Assembly: GCA_964188305.1 (NCBI GenBank)
Contig: OZ076889.1
Direction: 5' to 3' (one strand)
Source of the DNA: Podarcis bocagei
Lineage: Eukaryota
Length of the DNA stretch: 64,000 bases
Under the pieces are notes generated by a model. The model worked only from the letters and a program-made list of their open reading frames with translations, was not told the DNA's origin and did not search any database. Made by a program: the position numbers and the translations under genes. Positions within the stretch are counted from its first letter, which is position 1. Each line of letters opens with the position of its first letter. Shown piece by piece: positions 38,181 through 50,877 of this stretch.

Positions 38181-41100
38181 CTGTAAGAGAGAAAGAGAAA
38201 CACATTTTAAAAAATGAGTTACTTAAAACCTATGCCTTATCCAATTTAGAAATGAATTTATTTATTTTTGAGGGGGAAGGGTACAGATTCTTTGGTAAGT
38301 TAGGCACAGTAAACAAATGATCTGTTCCTGTCTGAGGCAGGCACCTAACCAAACATTAGAAGGTGCCTTGAATGAGAGTGCTTACAAGTATCAATCACTG
38401 CCACATGCAACAAAGGCAGAGAGCAACCAGCAGCTGTAGCTGGCAGGTGTATATCTGGAAATCAGCGTGGAGTCACACTGGCCTAAAGGAAGGAAATGCT
38501 GTAGAAACTAAATCACAGTACGACCCCACCCAGACCAACCTCCCTTTGGCAAGAAGCTGAACCCTCTTCTGTCAGCCCCGTACGGAAGTGGGCCCAGAAT
38601 TAGCAGAAACAAAAGGGCTCTATGGGAGTTTTCAGTCCCGGGTCGAGAGGCAGTTCTTTTCAGCTGGCTGCACCCTGTTCTAAAACCCAGATAGGGTTTT
38701 GCAAATTCTCCACCTCCTCAAAATTTTCTTACCAGGCTGTCTTTTATTTGCCATTGGCAAGGTTACAGATGCATTCAAGCCGCAAAGAAAAGAGAGGGAT
38801 TAAAGAAGGTGCTTTCAAAAGGGTCCCAGAATTTGGGCTCTGCTTGGCACAATTGTTTCAGACTGAGAGCATCTGTGCCAAGCAGATCCAGAGCCACATC
38901 AAAATGTCTGATTAGTGCTTGGTGAGGGAGCACTGCCTGGCACATTTGTTCTGGGTGCTCCAACCTGAATGGCTTGGAAAATGTGTCACTTGTTACGCAG
39001 GAATTTCTGCTGGGAACAGAGGAGTGCTGCAACAAGCAAACTCCTTGGGAAACACAGACAGAGAGCCCCTCACAGAAAGCTTGGGATCTAGAAGGCTGAT
39101 GAACTTCTGTTGCAATCAAACTGCAATTTGAATAAACACAGGGACAGAAATGACTCAGTCCTAGCAAAACTCCATCATGGCAGTGGGCATTCATGACAAA
39201 GTGCTTTCCTCCACCGGACAGCAGCTATTCGCTGGCAGCATCTGTCCTGGAGAGCCCTGCCTTCAGGGGGAATATGAAAGCATCTCCTTGTTGTTTGCTC
39301 AATTAGCTCCAGACAGATTGCTGCTGGTGATGGCAAAGCTAAGCTGTAAAAGAGGAGGAGGAGGAGGAGAAAGGGTGTGTGGGAAGAGAGAGAAGGGGCG
39401 AGGGCCAAAACCCAGGACCACCACGAAGCTCCAGCCCTCAGGGGCTCCAGAAAACGTTCAGTTTACTCACTCAATTACATACACTGTTTTATAAACCCTT
39501 AAAATAAAATAGAAAACAGTCCTTGGCACAGAGTTCCTGTTCTATTATACAGTAGTGATGAAAGACTCCGCTGTGTATGAGCACTCCTGAAAAGCCAGAG
39601 ATGAATTAATAATAATAACAACAATAATATTAAAAAACAGAATAGAAAGGAGAGGGTGGGGTTGAGATTGCAGAAATGCAAAGATGAAAAAGCACACTCT
39701 CTGGGTGGCTTGAGCTAGTGCAAAAAGCAACTCCTTTCTCTCTCTTGATCTGATGGTAGGTGGGATAGAGGGGATACCCACAGACGCAGGGAGCAGCTGC
39801 AGCTAGAGGTCAGGAGGTGAGGTGGGGCCCGGAAGTTCCATGTGGTGAGGGAGAAGGGAAACAGGTGGTGTGGGGCTGGTTTGTTTGTGTTGGTAACAGG
39901 AGTGGGAGCTTCTCACAAATGCTTGCTCTATTCCGCTCAGGATTTATTTAGACAATTCAGTGGTGCCTCACAGGCCTAATGTGGTGGATGGTGTTGTACA
40001 CTTTAGCCATCAACAGGGGCAACTGCAGCTCCTAGGATGCAATGCTCTATTTAAATAGGAGACTTTTGTTAGTTGATGCACTCACTATAATGGGGTGTTT
40101 CAGTAGGCTGAGCGCCTTTGGGTCTTCCCAGGTGTAATAAATGGGGAAAGACGTAGTTAATCCCTATTGTTGCATTCACCTGTCGGGTAAACAGCCAAAA
40201 TATCTATTATCAAAATGTTTTCACTAAAAACAATTAATCTGAGACTTCTGCCTGGACAATAACTACTTAGTTAGTTAGCCTCAGAAAGCTATTCCCACAG
40301 TGAAAAGTCTTGCTTAACCAGGATTAATTATGGACTGATGTCTTCTGGTGTAAGTGCTGGGAGCTGGGCAAGAAAGTAAATGTCTTACAGAGGAACAATG
40401 GACAAGGCAACTAGGGGCAAAACAGGAGGAATTTGCTTCTGCAAATATCTAGGATTGGAATATCCATCCAGCTGTAGCAAGAAACCACTAGCTCTGCCTC
40501 AAAGTTCTGAATTCAGCACCTTTCCTGGGCAGCTCCCAGTGTTCATTGCTGACTCAGGTATAGATGATGTCTCCATCAAGAACCACAGTCATCTGAAGAC
40601 TTAAAGAACAGACTGGCAAGGCCTTCCCTTTCAGTGGCTCTGTCTCAATGAGAGGGCTATATGCAATCTCTTAAGGGGCCTGTCACTGATTCTGCAATCA
40701 CATGTTGCAGATAAGCTGCTACAGGGGTGCTATATTTTATTGTGAACAAACAGTCCTAGAGTTAGATAACAATCTTCTTGGATTAGCAAGAATTTGGATA
40801 TTTTCATATCTAGCTCACATCAGTCTATATTTTGTCTTTTTATGGGTACCTCCTATTATTTGAGCAAGAGAGATTTCATCAAGCCTGACCTGCTACTCTT
40901 GCAACCAAGTCCCTAAATTTAATAATGAGAGAGGAAGAAATGGCATGCTTGTGAAGCAGAGCTAAACAATAATTTTTAAATATATGTAGAAAAATTGTGG
41001 AAAGCATTGTCAGCATTTCCAGGTGCATATGCCCACTTCTGAAGGTGAGTTGGGGAGAAACAAGAACAGGAGATGAATGGGACTGCAGGTTCTTACAATG

Positions 41101-42968
41101 TGCTTTTTCTATATTTCTGCAGAGCCACCCATATGCAGATGCCACTGTAGGCTGCATGTACACAGCCCCTAAAGTCAGTTCCCTGGAGTTAAATTTCCAA
41201 GGCCTTCCAGATGCACAGTTGCGATTATACAAATGTCATGCAGTGATTTGGACAGCTAACAACAAGGTCTCTGACTCACATGGGCTGTTTACAGAGAACC
41301 TCAGGCCACACAGAGCAGTTTCCTGTTGTGATAGATTCTAGTCCAGGATAGACCTCTGCATTCAGAGTCTGATCTCTTCTGACCTTTCTGCAAAAGTATG
41401 ATCATTATTATAGAAGAAGAGAGAAACGTTTTACATTTTAAGGAGACAAGCAGCCTTTTAACTTTAGCTTGGTTTACACTGAAGAAGGTAAAACTGGATT
41501 ACAAGGCTACTGCCAGCTATTGGCTACAACAAATGTGCCAGGCGGGTTGTAAAGCTGACTTTATATTTAATGGGCATGTGAAAGATGAATGCTTGCAGCT
41601 CTTGGATTCATGACTATAACAAATTGTTTAAGACCTACAAAACCATAAGAAGCAGCATGCCAAAAAGGGTTATATACCCATCTGTTCTTGAAGAATATTA
41701 TTTCTTAAGTTTATAAATCTATTAGCAAATAAAAAGTATGTTCAAATCCTTAGCACTGGACCAAGGAAGTGCAGCAGCATAACAGAGAATTGGAAGGGTC
41801 AGAAACATAGAACTGAGTATAATGTAGAGCTGAGTATAAAGAATGGCATGAGGAAGGATTAAGCTGCCTTTAATGAAACACTGTCCACAAGACACTGAAG
41901 CAAAATAACTGTGTACTAGCTAAGCTTTTGGTCATCAAATTGTAAGTACTGTATGTGAACGTATTGAGGCAAATTGTGGGGACCTACAAAAACAATAAAG
42001 AACACAGAACACATGACATATGAAGACTGGCCACAGGAACTCCAGACTTACTTTAGAGCAGGCATCCTCAAAAGCTGTCATTATGGGTCTTACCAAGTCA
42101 ACAGGATCATCACTCAATACTCCCCAAGGAACTGGAAGAGTGGTTCATGGTTTGCAACATTCACTTTAATTCTTAGCTTAGGGGTCAAGGCAATAAGTAA
42201 CTGGGTAAACAATGTGTTTGTTTGCCTGTGTGCGCATTTGCATGCATGTGGAGGAAACAAGTGGTTGTTACCCACCAAAGAAGATCAATTGGGTATTAGT
42301 GCTGATTTCCAATGGGCATTTAGCACTGATAATCAATCACCTGTGAACAAGATTCTTTTTCAAGATACATATAATATATGGTGGTGGTGGTAGAGTCAGG
42401 GCAGAGTTTGAATCTTTTCTAAAAATTGCAGGTGCCTCACAAGGGATGCCTACTTCACTATTAGAGAAGCAATGGTCCAGAGGGAAAAAACGATGAAGAG
42501 GAAATAAGATGTTGTCAAATATTCAATAAAGATGGGGAAAAGAAGGAGAAACAGCTATCTGCTAGGATAACTGGGAGATAGCCCTCAAACAAAAACAAAA
42601 CAAATGTCAACTCCAGTGGGTTCAATTTATAGTGGACTAGACTGAATGTGGGTTGCAGAAAGCGCTTCCCAGCTGTAAGATTAGTTGGGCAACTGAACGA
42701 AAATGCTGCATGGCATGTTATTTCCTGGATTACAAAGTAACCCTAACTGTTGATCACCACCTCTACATCTGAAGCCTTGTTGCCTCCTATTGGTCAGGAG
42801 GGTAGGTGGGGGGGGGGGGAGTGCCAGCGCCAGGCTGGCACAGCAGAGAGCTCAATCTGGCATCCATTTAGAATACACATTATTTCTACAGCTCCAATTT
42901 CACATCTCTCTTCTGCAAAGGGGCTGGCTTAATAGCCAGCTGATCCTTTGCCAGCCCAGTTCTCTGTA

Positions 42969-43208
42969 CAGTGGTACCTCGGTTCCCGAACGGCTTAGTT
43001 GACGAACAAATCAGCTCCTGAACACCACAAACCCAGAAGTAAGTGTTCTGGTTTGCAAATGTTTTTTGGAACCCGAACATCCATTTCAGCTGCTGGAATT
43101 GTTTCCGGGGCTAATCAGCCAATCAGAAGCCGCGCCTTGGTTTTCGAACGTCTTGGAAATCAAACGGACTTCCAGAACAAATTAAGTTTGAGAACCAAGG
43201 TACCACTG
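42969..43208. mobile_element. Tc1/mariner (Tigger-like) MITE, second subfamily
   Basis: TIRs CAGTGGTACCTCGGTTC / GAACCAAGGTACCACTG, TA TSD; interior differs from the 226-bp family. Confidence 0.88.
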
Positions 43209-45128
43209 TAATTGTTTTACTGGCGGTCTATATGCTTTATGCTGTATTTGTGACTTTCTATTATGTTCTATCATGTTATTGTTATTTACTGTTTGTAAGC
43301 CGCTTTGGGATTCATTTGAATGAAAAGCGGCATAAAAATATAATAAATCAAATCAACCAATGTTCCTCTGCACCCCACCCTCAAAACACCCATTTTGGGG
43401 CCTCTCATCAGTGGGAACATTGCCTGTGGTAGCTGTAAAATAGTCTGTGTCAGACCCTCCCTGCCCCTTACAGAGATACCTCCGCTTAATCCAAACACCT
43501 AGCAGCATGGGTTGGGGGTTAGGATCGCTCCATTCATGTCCCCTGGGATATGCTAAATCTCGAAGATTTGGCCTATGTGAGTGGGAAAGGCAAGATTAGA
43601 TTACTCTTGCGTTCCCTTCAATATCGAACATGAAAAATGGAATAGTGGAAGCAAAGTGCACTCTTGATGGGATGTGGCAATAGCTCCAATTGATAGCAAC
43701 AGGAAATACCGCTTCTGATTGGGGTAAGTACAGCAAACAGTCAAGGAATATAAATAGGTATTCCTGGGGCTGCTCCTCACTTTGGAAGTTCTCGCAACCC
43801 AACAAAGTCCAAGCCACAGCAAATTATCCATGGCCAAGATGAGCATGAGGGTTTTTTTAAAAGGCAGAATTTAGAAGATTCATTACTTATTACTTTGAAG
43901 TATTGTCCAGCTTACACTGTGGGGGATAGGGTGGTTTAAACAAGTAAAAGAAATAATGACGAAATCGTTATGATCAGAAAGCCTTCGTGGTGTCTGTTCA
44001 TGCCCATGAGAACCAAATGCATTAGTGTCCAAATTAAATGACAAAACACAGTGTAAACACTTCTGCAACTCGGGTCATACAGAGTGTATACAAATCCAGC
44101 CAGCCTTTCCATTACAGACAGTTAAAGCCTAAAAATCAGCTTGCGAGAGAAGGCCAGCCAACCATTTCTACCACAAATTAACCACTTGGGTGCAATGCTT
44201 TTGTCACAGTTCTACATCCCAAGCAAAGGAGGTACCAACCCTCCCTTCTCCACTCATTTTAAAACCCTGGTTTCAGAGAAGATAGTTTAAACAGCTAGTC
44301 CTTGATCAAACATGGGCTCTCCAGCTCAGATGAGCAGTTGCTAAGACTTCAATACCAGCTCCTTGTACTGTAGGGACCAGTTTTTGATGCACCTCATGAT
44401 TGTGGCAAAACTGTTTTAGGCTACTTTTTATTTCACGTGTGTATGTTCCACCTTGATTCGAGTGTGTGTTTCATGGCTCCAGGCACAAGACAGCATGTTG
44501 GTCCCTGCAACTTCTATTGCCAGCACTTTCAAAGGTTAGAGGCAGCATGGTCCGACTTGGCAAGCTGCGTATCCTCTGAACACAAACTCATTTTACAGGC
44601 CCATACGTTTTAGGAGGTACTTTCAAATAATTTAAATTATTTGTTGAAATTGGTGCCATGAGAATCCAGGAACCAAACTATAGACTGGCAACAATGGATC
44701 AGATCATGGATATATTGACAACCCTCTCCTCAAAATGGCCACAATCTAATTTCCCACTTGTATTCATGCCACCAAGCATACCTGATCTGGGGCATGTGAC
44801 AACAGCTAGTTAGTTAGTAACTCCTTGTGTTGCCTGACACTTGTGTGTGATTTAAGGGCCACCATCATTTTAAGGATAACTTTTATTCACTACAGAGCTA
44901 TTTTTAGTATGCTATTGTCTACATTTGGGGCAGGATTCTAAATAATCTCCATTTCACGATGTTGCTTTTACCACCAATGTACTCTCTTGGGTCCACTGAT
45001 TCGCTAATCATGTGCACTTGCATATTGCTCTACCTGAGAAAGGATAAATCCTGGAAGTGGTGATGGATGAGGAATAGTAGCCCTTCTAGAAAACAGTGGT
45101 AAAGTTAAAAGATCATTCATCTGCTTAC

Positions 45129-45232
45129 ATTTGGGTTCCAGATGCTGGCTGTTTCCGATCAAGCAGTCCTTGATATCGGCTCCGCTCTCTATCACTGCAT
45201 TATGGCACACAACACAGTTCTGTAAGCTGCAC
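45129..45232 (-). CDS. EIF2B3: eIF2B gamma, penultimate exon (104 nt; left-handed beta-helix repeats)
   Basis: cattacag acceptor, (G)CSLQNCVVCHNAVIESGADIKDCLIGNSQHLEPK(S), GTAAGC donor; hexapeptide-repeat pattern; phases 2/1 fit neighbours. Confidence 0.94.
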
Positions 45233-45257
45233 CTGTAATGCAATTATAAATGGGTCT

Positions 45258-45500
45258 TTATTATTATGATATTTGTTTTATTATTACCTATATCCCACCT
45301 TCTCCAAGGAGCTCATGGTGGCATACACATTTGTCCCCCTCTCCATTTGATCCTCACAGCAACCCAGGGAGGTAGGCTCAGCTGAGAGCTAGTGACTACC
45401 CCAAGGTCATGCAGTGGAGGGCTTCATGGCTAAGTGGAGATTTGAACCCTGGTCTCCCAGGTCCTAGTCCAGGACTCTTAACCACCACTCCATGCTGCCT
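45258..45500 (-). mobile_element. tRNA-derived squamate SINE (Squam3/MIR-like)
   Basis: Reverse complement of the family at 20106; ends just upstream of the EIF2B3 penultimate-exon acceptor. Confidence 0.8.
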
Positions 45501-48500
45501 CTGAAATGCAGCAGGAAGTTAGACCAAGAACAGTAGTGACTCCTTGACCAACAATAGCACCGCTACTGCCACCAGGGGACAGGAACCATAAATGTATGGT
45601 CTCAGATTCCATCTCTGTTGTAAAAAAGGATCAGGTAGTAGGTGAGTAAAAAATTCCCTGCCTGAGACCCTGGAAAATGACTGCCAGTCATAGTGGAGCA
45701 GACAATACTGGTCTAGATGAACAAATAGCCTATCCTTGTGTAAGGCAGCTTCCTATGAGCAGACCTGGGATATAAAACCTGCCTTTCTTCCAATTCCAGT
45801 CTTCTTCTTTCCCAGCCTGGGTGCTTAGTTGCTATGACAGAGCTCTGCTGCCAGATGTCACAAAGGAAGCATACAAAAGGACAAAGACAAGACAGTTGCC
45901 ACCTTTCACATTCAGGATGCTTTTCTATTTGCAGCTTCTACTGCCTTGCAGAGCTCCCCCCACCCTTTTGTATTAGGGTAAATATTGCCACTGACTTTGT
46001 ATTCATGCACACACAAATACCCTGCTATGTTAAACCAACAAAAGCCAAGGAAATAAAGCCTGGAATGCTCTCTGGTTCAGGGATTCCCAATTGGTGCAAC
46101 CTTGCACACTGTTTGCTAGAATAACAAGGACACAGCCAAAATAGTGAAAGGTATACTACCCTGCCAACAGTCTTTGCAAAAGGATGGTTTTAAGTCACAG
46201 TTAAAGAGTCAGAGGAGAAACAAGCAAGCAAGCAAGCACTAGATTCCTAATTTCAGCTCTCTCAAAATCATACATCTAAGTGGTACTATTCCTTTGCATC
46301 TCTGTCTCATGAGAATCCATCATCAGACAAAATAGGGAGTGTGAAAATCAGTGTTAGAAATATTCACTGGCATTACACACAATTTCCTTCTCAAACACAT
46401 ACCAAAGCATTGTCAGATCATAGGCTTCTTGTCTGTGGACAAGCAAGTACAAAAACAGAAAAGCTACATAGGCATCCAGCTACTTGAACAGATGTGATTT
46501 CATTATGTAACAGAATCATAGAATTGTAGAGTTGGAAGAGACCATGAGGGTCATCTAGTCTAACCCCCTGCAATGCAGGAATCACAATGCAAATCCAGGA
46601 GTTTCTATTACGTGTGGAAACAGAAAATAACAGCACACAGAAATGCAGAAATCATAATGCTTTTTGGATACTTCCAAAAGGCTGGAATTCTATGTGCTCT
46701 CCCTAAGCCCTTTCACAATGAGACACAAATCTATATTTCTTTTCATCACCTAGTGTTTGGTATCAAATTCCAAAGCGCTATTAAAACCTGGATGAATTGG
46801 GGGAAAGTTTTAATAATTTTCACATTTTACGACATTTACTCATTTCTGGTTGAAGAAAGTGACAGCCTCACTTGAAATGTAAAATTCAAGCTTTTCATGT
46901 TTCATTCCCAAGTTGCCCGCTTGCAGCTAAAGAAAGCTGCACTCAAGTCTCCTGGCACAGGATAGATTTAGACCCTGAGAAATTGCTCCCCCTATTGGTT
47001 GCCCGTCACTGTTCCAGTGGAACACGGCTGTCAAAGCAGGCAGACTGTCCTGTGAGCACAAGCAGCATATACAGGGCTTCAACTATCAAGACAGAGACCT
47101 TGACTGGACTTAATGAAAATTCGCAAGGATACGATTATAATGCCCCGGGTTGCTAAGGAGACCGACTTCCATCTCAGACAATTGGGAACTGAGCTTCTCC
47201 AGCCAAAGCTGAGTTGACAATCCTCTTGTTGAAAAGAATTTAACTCCCTCTCTAAGACATCATAGGGCTCAGAGAGGAGCAGGCCTATGGTATGAAAAGG
47301 GAGACATTTTGAACAGGCAAGACTCTCCTTGCTGTAAGCCCAACTGCCTCCCCTCTCACACAGCAAGGCTGCACAGTTATGCATGATGGAGTCATCTAGC
47401 TCAGGTTGCCTTGGCAAGGCCTCTTATTGAGATGTTAATAGAGGGGAAAGGCTGTGTAGACAGCTCTCTCTCTCCCTTTGCTCCCTATCCCTGCTACACT
47501 GACACAGCTGCTTCCTTTCCAACAGCTCCATTTACTGCACAACAGTGCTAGCATGAAGAGTATCTAGGATTCACTGGTTTACACACTGGAAACCCAGAGT
47601 GTTGTTGGGATTTTTAAAAATGCACCCCGAGTTCAGGTGCAGCCCTTGCAAGATACCCGTGGTTTGCCATCACAGAGAATTGCAAACTATAACTTTCCAA
47701 GCTGAAAGTTTCTCAATATCTTGATTCCAAGTGACTCTAAAACAAATGTCATGGAAAACAAATCAAGAGCACACTCTCTCGCATACTGTTGAACTTACCC
47801 AAGCTTCTAAGCCGGCTTCATTTGTGATGCTAGGCTGTGATTTCAGGAGATACATAAAGTAAACTGCTCACCTCTACATTTTCAAAGGGTAAGTTCTTTA
47901 TACCAGTATGCTTTGGTGTTACAAAATATTTTACATTGGGAAAAACTGAAATCAATTAGTCTGCAAAGAACTTCCAGAAGCATCCTCTTAAGACATATGG
48001 CAAACAGGCAAATACCCTCACCCTCTCCTCCATCACCTTTTTAAACAGGGAGCTTGAGGAAGAGTTCTGTGTTACTCAAAAGCTTGCTTAATGTTTTGTG
48101 GCTTTTATTTGGCCTAATAACGGCATTCTAATACTGCTCTTGTTTGGGCTTATTAAGAAACAAAATTTGGCTGCTTTCAACATCTGTTGGGCTGAAAGAA
48201 TCCGCGAAAGAGCAGAAATCTCATTCTGGATGTCAGATTCCAGCAAAACAAGGGAAACGTATTTTCCAGCTCCAGGATGACAAAAGCTTCCAGGGATGGA
48301 AACATTTTAAATTCAGTATCTATAATGCAGGATTTCAAACACACTGATAATTCTAAGCTCCCACTAGGGCCCTGCCCCACAATAGAGCAGTTTGGCCAGA
48401 TTTTACCACAGGAGTGGAAAACAAATTGAAGACGTAAAACACATTTTGTGGGTGTTCCTTCCACTCACTGACAGATGTAATACAGCCATTTGGAAATTAC

Positions 48501-49081
48501 TTGCAAATGCTTTTTTGTGCACATTTTAAAAATCAAACTATAAAGACTGCCAACAGAAGAATTTTGTGTTTATTTTATTTCAGACTCCTTTCTGTCCCCC
48601 CACCCCTGTCAAGAAATAAGCTTATTTTCTTATGTGGTAAGCATCTGATTTCCTGGCAATTTGATTTCCAGTTTTGAGTACTGTATCCCTATAAAACTAC
48701 AAATATAACATTAGCCTGTATAACAGCTTTGATGCTAGCAGTCACCTATGTAAGAATGTATCGGATAGAGTGGTTTCTAATGGGAAACACATTTATTGTT
48801 GCAAAAAGGACAATCTACATTTTCAGCACTGTGAAAGTAGATATCTTCTGATGCTAAAATCTGCAGTGCTCACCTTATTAACAAGTCACAAGTGATTTAA
48901 AGGTATACAAATTGGCCAATGTAAACACAAAATCAGCCTCTATGCTAATCATAATATATTTAATGTCCATTAAATTCCGCAACTCAAGCTTTGTTTAAGA
49001 GCCATAGTCAAATTTCAGGCTGTAAAATCAATACAAAATAAAACACAGATATCAACAAAGACATTACGAGACAGAATAGTA

Positions 49082-49307
49082 CAGTGGTACCTCGGGTTAC
49101 ATACGCTTCAGGTTACAGACTCCGCTAACTCAGAAATAGTACCTCAGGTTAAGAACTTTGCTTCAGGATGAGAACAGAAATCGTGCAGCAGTGGCACAGA
49201 GGCAGCAGGAGGCCCCATTAGCTAAAATGGTGCTTCAGGTTAAGAACAGTTTCACGTTAAGAACGGACCTCCAGAACGAATTAAGTACTTAACCCGAGGT
49301 ACCACTG
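49082..49307. mobile_element. Tc1/mariner (Tigger-like) MITE, 226 bp
   Basis: Same TIRs, TA TSD and length as 14478-14703, opposite orientation. Confidence 0.9.
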
Positions 49308-50743
49308 TATTTATTGCACTGAAAAACCTGTAAGATATCTTGTAATTATTATTATTTTAATAAGTAACGAGGGTGGTCTCTTTGCTTAATAAGTCTAAGA
49401 AAAATGATGAAATTAAAATTGTCATGCATGGGCAGAGTTGCTGCTATTAGAATTAATACACTCCTGAGGTTTCTTTTTGTCTTTGAACATGTGCCAATTA
49501 GTATACATGCACAAATACTGACAACTTGGCAGGAAAATGTTATCTAATTTTGGTTGGGAGGGTAAATGATAATGAGTTTCTTTGCAGAATTCAAAAGAGA
49601 AAGAGAACAGCCTGCCCAAACTCTCACTATTTTGTCATGGCACTGAAAATGACACATTAAATACATGGCACAAGCCCATTGGAAGATACTCCGTTCTGTT
49701 CCATTTGGAACTGTTTTACGTGTTCTGCAATTGTAGTGGTTTTGTTTTTATAATGGTATATTCAGTGGCTCCCAAGTGGTTTTCCCCACGGACCACTTAA
49801 AAATTGCTGAGGATCTTGGTGGACCAATTCATTATTTTTCTGCCTCTTGTAGCAATCACAATATGCCGTGATAGGTGCTGTATGGTTTTTATTTGTATCT
49901 TTATTGCTTTTTTATTTCTTATATTGTATTGTATCCTATTACAATTTGAATTCCACAGAATTCTATGGAATTCAAAAGGCAAGTGAGTTCTTCACTGAAA
50001 CAGTGCAGACCACCTGAAGGAAGGTAGTCCGCAGACCACTTTGGGTATATTTTACGAAACTGTGTGTTTTTAAGTATACAGAAAACCAGACAGTAACAAG
50101 ATCTCATTATTGAAATACAGAATGGAGAAATGGGGAAAATATGAAAACAGCATTCACTGATTTTGAAATACTAGTTGTTAATTGGAACGATTCCAAAAAT
50201 GTTCTTTAGAATTCACTGTCAATTTGCTATCTGTTAATTACTAGCATGAAACAAATCTTTAAATGGAGAACAAAATTGTTTCAGTGCCTGACTGGGATAA
50301 AATCTGTACTAAATGTTTTGCTTTGCCAGTTAATATTAATATGAGGGAAACATTATAAAATAATAATAGTATTTGAGCCCCAACAAACTGAAAACTATGA
50401 TTATGTCATTCATAAATGCTGGAGATGTGATCTATTGTGTGATAATGTGGCATGGAAATGTTTTCCGACATTACAACGTACTTGCTTTATTGGATGGAAT
50501 GGTGAGAGATAAACATGACATGCTCACCTGGTGCTCTTGTGCTCATGCTAGTGGAAGAGCAAGGGAGGCATTTTTGCCTCTCACAAGCACTCTGCAGCTC
50601 CCACTGAAAACTAGCTCCAAGGAGTTGGGGGACCCTCCAGGACAGGGTGAAGAGTGGCACAAGGGGCTATAGGGAGAAGGGGAAACTGGCAAAAACCACC
50701 TCTCTGTGCTGTTAGCGGACACCACTTGATCGCTCCTATGACA

Positions 50744-50877
50744 TAGCATGAGACTCTTAATCTCAGGGTCTCGGTGGTGGGTTCATGCCCCACGTTGGGC
50801 AAAAGATTCATGTATTGCAGGGGACTGGACTAGATGACCCTTGTGGTCTCTCCCAACTCTACAATTCTAGGATTCTA
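50744..50877 (+). mobile_element. tRNA-Lys-derived SINE with CR1-like tail
   Basis: GCATGAGACTCTTAATCTCAGGGTC...GGGTTCATGCCCCACGTTGGGC followed by GGACTAGATGACCC...ATTCTAGGATTCTA. Confidence 0.8.

Noticed and set aside
44940-45005. Possible EIF2B3 last exon (ATGGAGATT resembling 'MEI')
   Set aside because: No frame reproduces the conserved C-terminus; the true last exon is at 38128-38180.
14478-49307. Two inverted 226-bp MITEs as ends of a giant composite transposon
   Set aside because: Each has its own complete TIR pair and TA TSD, and the interval keeps conserved gene order; these are independent insertions.
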